A stretch of DNA of 64,000 bases from positions 434,001-498,000 of the forward strand of contig JAYWIR010000039.1 in NCBI GenBank assembly GCA_036172245.1. The letters are read 5' to 3'. The translations under genes were made by a program, and so were the position numbers. Under the pieces are notes generated by a model that saw nothing but the letters and a program-made list of their open reading frames with translations, was not told the DNA's origin and ran no database searches. Source of the DNA: Raillietiella orientalis (Eukaryota). The first letter of the stretch is position 1. Each line of letters starts with the position of its first letter. This document shows positions 63,801 through 64,000 of this stretch, in pieces.

Positions 63801-64000
63801 CTGCCATCATCGCTGGACCTAACCATTCCGAACCGCTTGCGGTTCGATGCTCCCCTCGCACTTCCGTCGAACCAAAGGGGTGTCCTACTCCCCTGGTTGG
63901 GTCATTCGTTCCGTTCTGCTGGCTTGTCTCGCCAAATTAACCGCACCATTTCGCGAGGCGGACCCGAACACGCCGAATGAAAAGCGCGCGGCGCGTACGA

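Noticed and set aside
1..64000. CRISPR arrays, rRNA genes, intact tRNAs or prokaryotic operons
   Set aside because: No regularly spaced repeats, rRNA motifs, complete cloverleaf or gene-dense organisation were seen; the sequence is eukaryotic.

Overview
Eukaryotic genomic DNA, most likely from an invertebrate. The evidence is short GT-AG introns, U2 snRNA fragments with the GATCAAAGTGTAG variant, and piggyBac and non-LTR retrotransposon relics. One intact protein gene is well supported: a 3-exon LHFPL/TMHS-family tetraspan gene on the minus strand (50778-51612, 213 aa). Most of ~6.7-58.5 kb is GC- and CpG-rich and packed with short, decayed fragments of L1/Tx1-like LINEs (ORF1 zinc knuckle, APE, RT, C-terminal CCHC, 3' ends) in both orientations, more often minus. 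Three local inverted duplications overlie this region, one with ~1.24-kb near-identical arms. Two 5' fragments of U2 snRNA (32 and 37 nt) sit in what appears to be the same position of two unrelated-looking LINE relics. A ~350-bp diverged repeat occurs in inverted orientation at ~1.2-1.5 kb and ~59.5-59.8 kb. An AT-rich right end holds an internally deleted piggyBac, followed by a decayed R2/NeSL/Utopia-type retrotransposon. The long ORFs in the track are mostly GC-rich artefacts. All identities are hand counts or by-eye estimates, and relic boundaries are approximate.
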